DNA of 63,851 bases, filler included, from Octopus bimaculoides (taxonomy: Eukaryota), in the NCBI RefSeq assembly GCF_001194135.2. It is 5 parts of 5 records of this genome, joined end to end, with 100 filler letters (N's around TTAATTAATTAA, not from the genome) between each part and the next. Parts side by side here need not be neighbours in the genome. Positions count along the whole stretch, not along the records: positions 50,920 to 62,682 come from NC_069007.1; positions 62,783 to 63,851 come from NW_026393314.1; 3 more parts are not named here. The stretch is one strand, 5' to 3'. The position numbers and the translations under genes are program-made. This document shows, in pieces, positions 53,010 to 63,851 of the stretch. Positions within the stretch are counted from its first letter, which is position 1; each line of letters opens with the position of its first letter. The notes beneath the pieces were generated by a model that did no database searches, was not told the origin of the DNA, and saw nothing but the letters and a program-made list of their open reading frames with translations.

Positions 53010-54140
53010 ATTTGCCAGAACACTATATAGATTGAACCATGCAACTTATTATAATGCTGCTCTAGCTAGGGCTGGGTACCGTGAAAAGATTCAATATATA
53101 CAAGAAGCAGGCATACAGATCACTGGTAATTCCTGCAACTGTGATGCACATTGTATACCATCACAATGTTACAGTTTGGGAACTCACTCAGATAAAGAAC
53201 ACAGGCCAGAAAGAATTGGTCATATCAACGAACTACCAATGAAAACTCATAGGCACACGTGACATAATAATTCAACTACTTGTTCCAATCCTGTACAACA
53301 TACTCGATCAAATAAGCCTAACAACAGATATAGGAATCAGGATGTCCTCTGGTTCAACACGATTTTTGGTTTGTATGTTTGAACCAGAATCACTGGAAAA
53401 TTTTTTGCTGCTTAGGACAAGTGTTTTCCTAAATCTAATCAGTATCATGTTATTTTTAATCGACATACCGTGAAGGTATCCCACACCAATTCTGCTAATT
53501 TAGAACAACTTATGCATCGTATAAACAATAGCAAAATGTAGCAAACGTTCAATAACCCACCTACTGGATCTAGCAAACATTTGCATCTAAATACCAACCA
53601 AGGAGATGTAAACTGCAATGATAAACACCAACTATGACCAATTTGTTGTGGTAGAAATATTTATGATACAGCTAACGGGACTGCCTTATATACAAATAAA
53701 TATGAAGAATGCTCATGCAGAGAAAAATCAAAATGTCCTTTGATGAATCTCTGTATGAGTACAAATATTGTATATAAATGTATCTTGCACACAAGGGGAG
53801 GGCCCTATGTTTACATTGGGCAGATGGCTGATATATTTAAGAATCGGTATTGTAACCATGTTGCCAGCTTTAAGACAAACAATAAGAGACATTCAACATC
53901 TTTGGTAGATTTTGTATGGCGACTGAAGGAGGATAACATGAAGTACAGCATTAACTGGCCCATAGTAAGGTATGCAAAACCACACAATATAATTTCCAGG
54001 AGATGCCGTCTCTGCTCTGAGGGATCCCTGTCTATTCTGTGGACTAACGAAAAGATAATTAATAGAATTTTTGAATGAATCTCGAGATGCCTACATGCAT
54101 ATAAATGTACTTTCGCACAATGCAGTGAGAATGAATTTTG
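53010..54140 (+). mobile_element. Penelope-like element relic (linker plus GIY-YIG)
   Basis: YNAALARAGYREKIQY...VLWFNT...CFPKSNQYHVIFNRHTVKVS...NIVYKCILHTRGGPYVYIGQMADIFKNRYCNHVASF...WRLKE...RCRLC. Confidence 0.85.
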
Positions 54141-55772
54141 AGTAACCGTTAACTTAATTTAATTTACTTTAAGGTATGGATGACTTAAGCTTACTTTTAA
54201 CTTCCCCATTCTTATAAACATCAAGTAGATAACTAACTTGTCTTGTGAGCATGAATGCACCAAACCTCATGTGTGCGTATGTTCACATTTTTGCGGATGC
54301 TTGTATGAGCAAGTGTACTCGCGCTATGCAGCTTTCCCAAAGGGGGTTTATACATCCATATCTGTTAACGGTTATTTTTAATACTTTTCTNNNNNNNNNN
54401 NNNNNNNNNNNNNNNNNNNNNNNNNNNNNNNNNNNNNNNNNNNNNNNNNNNNNNNNNNNNNNNNNNNNNNNNNNNNNNNNNNNNNNNNNNNNNNNNNNNN
54501 NNNNNNNNNNNNNNNNNNNNNNNNNNNNNNNNNNNNNNNNNNNNNNNNNNNNNNNNNNNNNNNNNNNNNNNNNNNNNNNTGAACTAGTTGTTGAGTGTCC
54601 CAGCCAAGAGGAATCGATGCTAGATATGTCGAAACAATTGTCGTGATTAATAATAAATTCTCATATATTCTATCTTGCGTCTTTCATTTGCCATATATCC
54701 ATATATCCATATATATATATATATATATATATCAACTTTAAATAGAGCTCAAAATTGATCCATTGAAAATACTTTATTACAACAACAATAACAATAATAA
54801 TAACAAATAAATAGACCTATGTACATTTCGATAGAACATCCAGAATGATTAATACATATCATAAAATATTATAAAATATTATAAAATATAGGATACTCCA
54901 TCTCCTCAGGGTCCCATTATTATTGCTATCATCACCATCATTATTATTTTTGCTTTTCATCCCTTCGGGGTTGATAAATTAAGTACCAGTGAAACACTGG
55001 GCACGATGTAATCAATTGCAGGCTTTGTGCCCATAGTAGAAAGGATCATTATTATTATTATTTTGGTATCCTTTATTATTATTATTATTATTTTAGTGGA
55101 AATCTTTCATCCCACATTCTGTGATCTCTCCAGGAATGCTTCATCTGGTCAAGCAAGCATTGCATGTAGAGGTTCTCTCATTGGCCTGTATGTTGTGATG
55201 TTGAGATTTATTCATTACATGAAATAACAACTTAACCATTTGGTAACTAGAGATAGATAAAATACATACTAGGCTGGAACATCTACATATATCTACAAAA
55301 TGGACAGAACCATTGCACGCAGTGCTCCCGCATGGCGGCAGTCTAATGTCCAAATGTAATAAAATAATAAATGGATGCTATTTCTCATTCTTTACCATTT
55401 TGTTATTTTACATTTATTTTAAAAAATTGATCAGTTCTTAGTTTTTTATGAAAATATTTTATCCTCTTTTGGGAGTAATTCTGGAAACTTCTATTGTTTT
55501 AAGTTACTTCCACCAAATGAGATGCAAATAAAATTGTTGTTTTGCTAATTATTTTCACTATTTGTCATTCTTTGACGAATGACTATGAATATATTATAAT
55601 TCTTATTTCTGGGCGGTGGGTGAATGTCTGATTTTCTGTTAGCATTGGAAGCAAAAGCACAGAATTTATTTATACATATCTACATACATACATACATAAA
55701 CGCTCACATATATAAACTTATATACATGCATACATACATATGTATATATATGAGTGAGTATGTATGTATATA

Positions 55773-56726
55773 CAGAGCGCGGTGAATAAACTGTCGTCTA
55801 AATTACACAAAAACAAAAATAACACTGATCTCTCATTTTAACAGATATATTTACCAAAATAACATCAAAATATCTTCAAATACTACAGAGTAAATTTATT
55901 TAATAAAATCGCCATTGGCTTCAACCGTGGCCTCCAGACAACTTCGGAATCTCCTGTAACTCTTCTGGGTGGTCTCCTTGTTTAAGTTGGTGAATGCTGC
56001 CATAATCCTTGCCTTCAGTTCATCTTTGGTGTTGCAAAGAGTTTTGTTGGTCTCTTGCTCAACTGCACCCCACACATAATAATCATGGAGGTTGCAGTCT
56101 GAGGAGTTAGACGGTCAGAAGTTAGAGGTGATGTGGTCGCAGAAATTGTCTAACAACCATGACTGGGTTCTCCTGTTTGTGTGGCAAGGCGCAGAGTCCT
56201 GTTTCCAGACAGGATCTTCCAGCAGCCAGGGCAGAACTACCTCCTCCAGAACTACCTCCTCCAGAACTACCTCCTCCAGAACTACCTCCTCCAGAACTAC
56301 CTCCTCCAGAACTACCTCCTCCAGAACTACCTCCTCCAGAACTACCTCCTCCAGAACTACCTCCTCCAGAACTACCTCCTCTAGAACTACCTCTTCCAGG
56401 TCTTCTTGACTAGGGATCACTAGGGACCACTCCAGACATCATGGTATATTTCCTCAGATTACACTGCCCTCAGTTTGACACCCAAACACTCTGAAATGTT
56501 CGTATTGGAGCTTCTGGTACAAATGCTAAGTAGTACAGAATGTCGTTTCCAAATTTCTGGCAGAGCGAATTGCATCATGGTGCTGTTTTTCTCACAGATG
56601 GTGCCCAACCATGCTGTGTAGTTAACAAAACCTACTATACTGTGTAGTTAACAAAATCAAAAACAAACTATGTATATGTGCGAAATTAAAAATATAAAAT
56701 GATGACAATTTACCCATCGCACCCCG
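55773..56726 (-). mobile_element. Internally deleted DD37D/maT-type element with both TIRs
   Basis: 26-bp TIRs at 55773 and 56701-56726 (18/26 identical, all mismatches transitions). Reads WKQDSAPCHTNRRTQSWLLDNF...YYVWGAVEQETNK...EATVEANGDFIK. Confidence 0.85.
56232..56399. repeat. 15-bp minisatellite (CAGAACTACCTCCTC) x11 derived from transposase codons LEEVV
   Basis: Near-perfect tandem array, in frame with the downstream LPW...QDSAPCH. Confidence 0.95.
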
Positions 56727-56738
56727 TTTACATGTATA

Positions 56739-56775
<37 letters not shown>

Positions 56776-58289
56776 ATGAATGTGCGTGATAATTTCTCTT
56801 GTGTGACTTCTGTATGGTGAACATATAGTTATATATCATTAAAAGCAAGCTACCATAGTTAAATAGGTGAACCTACTTCTGTGAAATACAGTAAAAAAGA
56901 AGAAATGGGAAAATCGTAAAAAATAAAAAAAAAACATGAAACGAAAAGAGGAGGAAAATGGAAGAGAAAAAAAGAGCAAAAATCATGAAAAGACAAGTTA
57001 CATATAAACCCCACCCATACACACACCTGTATATATGTATATACATATATGAATGCACACACGCATATATATGTTGTTAATTGTTAATTTACTTATATAT
57101 ATATATATATNNNNNNNNNNNNNNNNNNNNNNNNNNNNNNNNNNNNNNNNNNNNNNNNNNNNNNNNNNNNNNNNNNNNNNNNNNNNNNNNNNNNNNNNNN
57201 NNNNNNNNNNNNNNNNNNNNNNNNNNNNNNNNNNNNNNNNNNNNNNNNNNNNNNNNNNNNNNNNNNNNNNNNNNNNNNNNNNNNNNNNNNNNNNNNNNNN
57301 NNNNNNNNNNNNNNNNNNNNNNNNNNNNNNNNNNNNNNNNNNNNNNNNNNNNNNNNNNNNNNNNNNNNNNNNNNNNNNNNNNNNNNNNNNNNNNNNNNNN
57401 NNNNNNNNNNNNNNNNNNNNNNNNNNNNNNNNNNNNNNNNNNNNNNNNNNNNNNNNNNNNNNNNNNNNNNNNNNNNNNNNNNNNNNNNNNNNNNNNNNNN
57501 NNNNNNNNNNNNNNNNNNNNNNNNNNNNNNNNNNNNNNNNNNNNNNNNNNNNNNNNNNNNNNNNNNNNNNNNNNNNNNNNNNNNNNNNNNNNNNNNNNNN
57601 NNNNNNNNNNNNNNNNNNNNNNNNNNNNNNNNNNNNNNNNNNNNNNNNNNNNNNNNNNNNNNNNNNNNNNNNNNNNNNNNNNNNNNNNNNNNNNNNNNNN
57701 NNNNNNNNNNNNNNNNNNNNNNNNNNNNNNNNNNNNNNNNNNNNNNNNNNNNNNNNNNNNNNNNNNNNNTATATATATATAGTGACTTTCATCTATATGT
57801 ATTCATTGATACTCATTTTTAAAATATTTCTCTTCAAAGGTGTTTTTAACTATTTTTTACTTTTACTCTTAATCATTTTTTTTCTTGTTTTCTTTTCTTT
57901 TCTTTTTTCCACCCCTTCATTCTTTTCTGTTATTCACTTTCTTTTTGAAATCAAATGGTTTCCAGAATAAATACTATCAATAAGATGTGGGAGGTCGCAG
58001 AAGGCGATGGTGAAATAGTTTCGGTCGATTGCATCAACATTAACTCATGACTAGTAATCCTAACTCTATTGACCCTCAACCCACAGAGGAATTCAATTGG
58101 TACAGTAACAACTTCATTTCAGAAACATCAGAAGAAGGATCTATAAAGTTTCATGAAGCACAAACACTGCTGCATAGTAAGAGCTTTGCTTCTCAACCAC
58201 ATGGTTCTGAGTTTGGTCCCACTGTGTGGCACCTTAGGAAAATGTTCTCTACTATAGCCCCAGACCAACCAAAGCCTTGTGAACAGATA

Positions 58290-58694
58290 TACTCTTTTAC
58301 TTGTTTCAGTCATTTGACTGCGGCCATGCTGGGGCACCGCCTTTTAGTCGAGCAAATCGACCCCAGGACTTATTCTTTGTAAGCCAAGTTCTTATTCTAT
58401 CGGTCTCTTTTTGCCAAACCGCTAAGTTACGGGGACGTAAACACACCAGCCTCGGTTGTCAAGCAAAGTTGGGGGGACAAACACAGACACACAAACATAT
58501 ACACATATACATATATATATATATATATAACGACGGGCTTCTTTCAGTTTCCGTCTACCAAATCCACTCACAAGGCTTTGGTCGGCCCGAGGCTATAGTA
58601 GAAGACACTTGCCCAAGGTGCCATGCAGTGGGACTGAACCCAGAACCATGTGGTTGGTAAGCAAGCTACTTACTACACAGCCACTCCTGTGCCT
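58290..58694 (-). mobile_element. tRNA-derived SINE family 1, full length
   Basis: Reverse complement of 21735-22136; retains many CpGs. Confidence 0.9.
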
Positions 58695-59308
58695 ATGTAG
58701 ATGGAAATTGTAGAAGACATGTAGATGGAAATTGAAAGAAGACCATCATAGCTTAAATTCTGCATTATTTTGAAGGATCTTTTGCATTTTGCATTAATGC
58801 AGACATCTAAGTAATTTATTTTTTATTAAATATAATAATATAAATCATTTACATGTTTTTAAGTTACAAAACAATTTGTTGTGATATTAGAATTTTCTTA
58901 CTGTCAAATAAAATTTCATCAAGCTATTTCTGTCATTCATGACTTTATACATACATGTGTGTGTGTGTGTTTATGTGTGTGCGATGTGTGTGTTTGTGTG
59001 TGTGTATGTTTATGTGATGTGTGTGTGATGTGTGAGTGTGTTTGTGTGTATGTTTGTCCACCACTGCTGCTTGACAACTAGCAATGATGTGCTTATGTTC
59101 TTGTAACTTATTAGTTAGTCAAAGGAGACTGATAGAATAAGTACCAGGCTTTTGGGTCAGTTCATTCGACTAAAATTCTTCAAGGCAGTGCCCCAGCATG
59201 GTCACAGTCTAATGACTGAAATAAGCCAAAGAAGAGAAAGGGATAAGAGACCTCTTGTTCACTTTGTCTGAAACAAGTAAAAGAATAAAAGAATATTTAT
59301 ATGCATAC

Positions 59309-59351
<43 letters not shown>

Positions 59352-59618
59352 TTTGTGTCAGTGTTTGTTGTCCCTCACCACTACTTGACAATCAGTGTTG
59401 GAGTGTTTAAGTCCTCATAATTTAGTGGTTCAGTAAATGAATGAGATCGATAAAATAAGAACCAGGGTGAAAAAAAATAAGTACTTAGGTTGATTTGTTA
59501 GACAAAATGGCCACAGTCTAATGACTGAAACAAGTGAAAGATAAAATATATATATATATATATATATACATACACACACACACACACACACATACATATA
59601 CATATACATATATATATA

Positions 59619-60032
59619 GGTGCAGGAGTTGCTGTGTGGTAAGTAGCTTGCTTACCAACCCCATGGTTTCGGGTTCAGTTCCACTGCGTGGTACTTTGGG
59701 CAAGTGTCTTTTACTATAGCCTCGAGCCGACCAAAGCCTTGTGAGTGGATTTGGTAGAAGGAAACTGAAAGAAGCTCGTCGTACATATAGTGAGAAGTAT
59801 ATATATATGTGTGTGTGTGTATATGTTTGTGTGTCTGTTTGTCCCCCCAGCATTGCTTGACAACTGATGCTGGTGTATTCACGTCCCATGACTTAGTGGT
59901 TCAGCATAAAAAGAGACCAATAGAATAAGTACTAGGCTTACAAAGAATGAGTCCTGGGGCCGATTTGCTCGACTAAAGGCAGTGCTCCAGCATGGTCACA
60001 GTCAGATGACTGAAATAAGTAAAAGAATAAAA

Positions 60033-60033
<1 letters not shown>
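59619..60033 (+). mobile_element. tRNA-derived SINE family 1, full length
   Basis: Colinear with 21735-22136. Confidence 0.9.
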
Positions 60034-60079
<46 letters not shown>

Positions 60080-60844
60080 TAGATATATATCTGCATATAT
60101 GTGTATGTGCTGTGTGTACATAGAAAGAGGGAGAGAGAAAGAGAGGGGGAGAGAGAGAGAGGGAGAGAGAGAGAGAAAGAGAAAGAGAGAGACAGTTGTA
60201 AACATACATACGTACATACATACATACATACATAAACATATATACACACATATACAGTATACAAACCAATCAAACAAATGGATTAGTTAACACAGTTCTG
60301 CTGTGATAAAATTGGTTCATCTCTAAGGATTATGAAGCTGTAATCCACCCAAACAATCATAGTTAATACATTTGCTTCAATGGAGACAGGAGTTGCGAAG
60401 AAGAAGGATTAATGTGTCACTCAATATGAATAAACACATCACTTAAACCTCACCACCTCCTCCTTCCCTTCCTCTCAGCCTCACTTTATGTGATACATGA
60501 GACAATGAATGAGACCTCTACGTGGTTATTTTTGTTTCTAGAAATAGTAATCAACGACTACCATTGTCACAAACTGTCACCACTACTGTACACCACCACA
60601 CTCCACTATCCATCACCAGTACCCCACCAGCCATCACCATTACCCACCACCATCACCACTTAATGTATGCACATCATGGGAAAGGCAAACATAGAAAGTC
60701 CATAAGAGATATTATCTTCAGGCAAATATAGCAGTTAATTTGCCTTTTGTGATGTAACTGCATTGACTATGATATGCAGAAAGCTATTTTTATCTAATAT
60801 TGCTTCTGTTACATATTATACATACATACATACATATATATATA

Positions 60845-61587
60845 GGCACAGGTGTGGCTATGTGGTAAGTAGCTTGCTTACCAACCACATGATTCCAGGT
60901 TCAATCCCACTGTGTGTCACCTTGGGCAAGTATCTTCTACTAAAGCCTCGGGCCAACCAAAGCCTTGTGAGTGGATTTGGTAGAAGATAACTGAAAGAAG
61001 CCCATCGTATATATATATCATCATCATCATCATCATCATCATCGTTTAACGTCTGCTTTCCATGCTAGCATGGGTTAGACGATTTGACTGAGGACTGGTG
61101 AATCCAGATGGCTACACCAGGCTCCAATCTGATTTGCCAGAGTTTCTACAGCTGGATGCCCTTCCTAACGCCAACCACTCCGAGAGTGTAGTGGGTGCTT
61201 TTACGTGTCACTGGCACGAAGGCCAGTCAGGCGGTACTGGCAACGGCCACGCTAAAAATGGTGTATTTTGCATGCCACCTGCACAAGAGCCAGTCCAGGG
61301 GCACTGGCAACGATCTCGCTCGAAAGTCCTTACACATGCCGCGGGCACAAGTGCCAGAAAGGCGATGCTGGGCAAAGGTGCTATCACAATTTTGCTTTTG
61401 CTTACCTCAATAAGTCTTCGCAAGCTGAGTTTCGTGTCCAATGAAGGAGACGATGTTGGCATGGGTGCCAGTCGTCGAATTTAACTCGATTTCGATTTCA
61501 CTTGCCTCAACAGGTCTTCGCAAGTGGAGTTTAGTGTCCAATGAAGGAAGGTACGCCTAAGTGGACTGGCTGAGGCCTTAGATTTAG

Positions 61588-61618
<31 letters not shown>

Positions 61619-61816
61619 TGTGTGTCTGTGTTTGTCCCTCAACCATCGCTTGACAACCAATGTTGGCATGTTTATGTTCACATAACTTAGCTGTTCAGCA
61701 AAAGAGACCAACAGGATAAGTACTAGGCTGACAAAGAATAAGTCCTGGGGTCAATTTGTTCGACTAAAGGTGGTGCTTTAGCAGGGCCTCAGTCAAATGA
61801 CTGAAACAAATAAAAG

Positions 61817-61817
<1 letters not shown>
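60845..61817 (+). mobile_element. SINE family 1 split by an antisense RTE 3' end (61019-~61560)
   Basis: SINE head 60845-61008, then (CAT)n plus RTE UTR on the minus strand, then SINE 3' half at 61588-61817. Confidence 0.8.
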
Positions 61818-61862
<45 letters not shown>

Positions 61863-61863
<1 letters not shown>

Positions 61864-62030
61864 GTGGTCTGATCAATAACTATCCGGACTGTTACCATAG
61901 TAATGAAGCTAAAGCATGCACTCCCCCAAAATTTCAGGCCATGTTCCTAGAGCAGAAAAGAATAAATAGCTTCCTCGATTCTAGCCAAGATTCAAAACCA
62001 AAACTGCATTCTTCTACAAGTTCCTTTTGC
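61863..62030 (+). mobile_element. Probable mariner terminal fragment
   Basis: CGTGGTCTGATCAATAACTATCCGGAC resembles mariner TIRs; no partner TIR found. Confidence 0.45.
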
Positions 62031-62539
62031 ACTAGGAAATTTATGAGTGTCAATTGTTAACCTGTAACCAATTTGAGTCAAAGATGAGTCAAGGCTGATT
62101 GCAGAGGGAAAATGCTTTGTTCAACCTGACCTAATTTAGTTGGAAAAAATATAAATACATAACCAAAACTAGTTCTATTTCTTTGGTCACTTGATTCCAA
62201 ACCGAAGAACTTCTGTTTCTCTCTTTTCACTTATGGAATGCCATTACATGACAATACCAAATTTCACCCTATCTCCTTGTCAGCCCAGAGACACAGATTC
62301 TCTTAACTTTTATCTCATACTTTCCTTTTGCCACCTATCTCCTAGCAGTCACCAACAGATGAAGTTAACTACCTACAGAATGGATAACAAAACAGCAAAT
62401 TATCATTGTACAACAGCCCCAAGAAGTTGTATATTACAGTATAACAGAAAAAATAATGAGTAATTTTTACCATTAATTATGTTTTTCTTCCTGTCATTTG
62501 CTTTATTGCATACAATCATTATATATATATATACCCAGT

Positions 62540-62649
62540 TGTAGTAGAAACCATGCCAAATCAGGCTGGAACCTGGTGCAGCCCTCTGGCTTACCAGTTC
62601 CAATCAAACCATCTAACCCTTGCCAGCATGGAAAGCAGATGTTAAATGA

Positions 62650-62652
<3 letters not shown>
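62540..62652 (+). mobile_element. Short RTE LINE 3' end
   Basis: ...GCCAGCATGGAAAGCAGATGTTAAATGATGAT is homologous to 180-233. Confidence 0.65.
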
Positions 62653-62682
<30 letters not shown>

Positions 62683-62782
62683 NNNNNNNNNNNNNNNNNN
62701 NNNNNNNNNNNNNNNNNNNNNNNNNNTTAATTAATTAANNNNNNNNNNNNNNNNNNNNNNNNNNNNNNNNNNNNNNNNNNNN

Positions 62783-63851
62783 TATTAGTAAAGTTGTTTA
62801 TGTTTACATTTAATTTGCCGTTCGTGAAAGGAGATGAGTAACGTATCTGGGATATTTATATTAGTAAAGTTGTTTATGTCTACATTTAATTTGCCGTTCG
62901 CGAAAGGAGATGAGTAATGTATCTGGGATGTTTATAGTAGTAAATTTGTTTATGCCTACATTTAATTTGCCGTTCGTGAAACGAATTTTGTAATGAGTCT
63001 GAATGTTTATATCAGTAAAGTAGTTTATGTCTACATTTAATTTGCCGTTCGTGAAAGGAATCGGTTAATGTATCTAAATTCTTTATATCAGTAAAGTTGT
63101 TTATGTATACATATAATTTGCTGTTCGTGAAAAGAACTAAGTAAAGTATCTAAAATATTAACGTTAGTAAACTAGTTTTTGTCTACATTTAATTTGCCGT
63201 TCGTGAAACGTATTTAGTAATGTCTGAATGTTTATATCAGTATTATAGTTTATGTGTACATTTAATTTGCCGTTCGTGAAAGGAATTGGGTAAAGTAACG
63301 GGGATGTTTATATTAGTAAAGTTTTTTATGCCTACATTTAATTTGCCGTTCGTGAAAGGAATTGAGTATAGTATCTAGGATGTTTATAACAGTAAAGTAG
63401 TTTATGTATACATTTAATTTGCCGTTCGTGAACCGTATTTAGTAATGTGTCTGAATGTTTATATCAGTAAAGTAGTTTATGTATACATTTAATTTGCCGT
63501 TAGTGAAAGGAATTGGGTAATGTATCTAAATTATCTATATGTGAAAGGAATTGGGTAATGTATCTAAATTATCTATATGTGAAAGGAATTGGGTAATGTA
63601 TCTAAATTATCTATATTAGTAAAGTTGTTTATGTCTACATTTAATTTGCCGTTCGTGAAAGGAATTGAGTAATGTATCTGGGAAGTTTATATTAGTGAAG
63701 TTGTTTATGTCTACATTTAATTTGCCGTTTTATATTAGTGAAGTTGTTTATGTATACATTTAATTTGCCCTACATTTAATTTGCCGTTCGTGAAAGGAAT
63801 TGAATTGAGTAATGTATCTGGGATGTTTATATTAGTGAAGTTGTTTATGTC
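62783..63851. repeat. 76-bp satellite/minisatellite array, about 13 diverged monomers, runs off the window
   Basis: Monomer starts at 62783 and 62859. The core TACATTTAATTTGCCGTTCGTGAAA is nearly invariant, while the adjacent ~30 bp occurs as several related variants. Confidence 0.95.

Noticed and set aside
56092-56413. Plus-strand repeat peptides (SRTTS, PPELP, QNYLL)
   Set aside because: They are alternative frames of the 15-bp array, whose ancestral frame is the minus-strand transposase.
58695-58749. 24-bp tandem duplication next to a SINE end
   Set aside because: Simple local duplication with no further structure.
62783-63851. CRISPR-like look (conserved repeat plus variable spacer)
   Set aside because: The variable parts are homologous to each other, not unique spacers. 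The context is eukaryotic and there are no cas genes.

Overview
AT-rich, microsatellite-saturated, gapped eukaryotic DNA. The repeat families (RTE LINE 3' ends with (GAT)n tails, an abundant tRNA-derived SINE with an internal (TA/TG)n tract, mariner and maT relics) look like an Octopus-type cephalopod genome; this is recognition, not a search result. I could not support any host protein-coding exon, rRNA or true tRNA gene, and almost all listed ORFs are microsatellite, gap or transposon artefacts. The window holds decayed mobile elements: two DD34D mariners, three DD37D/maT copies, RTE, CR1/L2-like and R4/Dong-like LINE ends, four Penelope-like (GIY-YIG) relics and many SINEs. The least obvious signal is a set of minimal type I hammerhead ribozyme motifs. 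Three have an intact CUGAUGA/GAAAC core (8.36, 10.8 and 35.9 kb) and several more are degenerate or partial. They sit in different small repeat families, most carry a palindromic helix III (ACGT, ACATGT, ACAGCTGT, ACACGTGT, ACAATTGT), and several lie in inverted-duplicated structures or just 3' of Penelope relics. One appears fused to a tRNA-type Pol III head. The window ends in a 76-bp satellite with a three-monomer higher-order pattern. Four 100-bp scaffold joins carry an artificial TTAATTAATTAA linker, so contiguity across them is uncertain.
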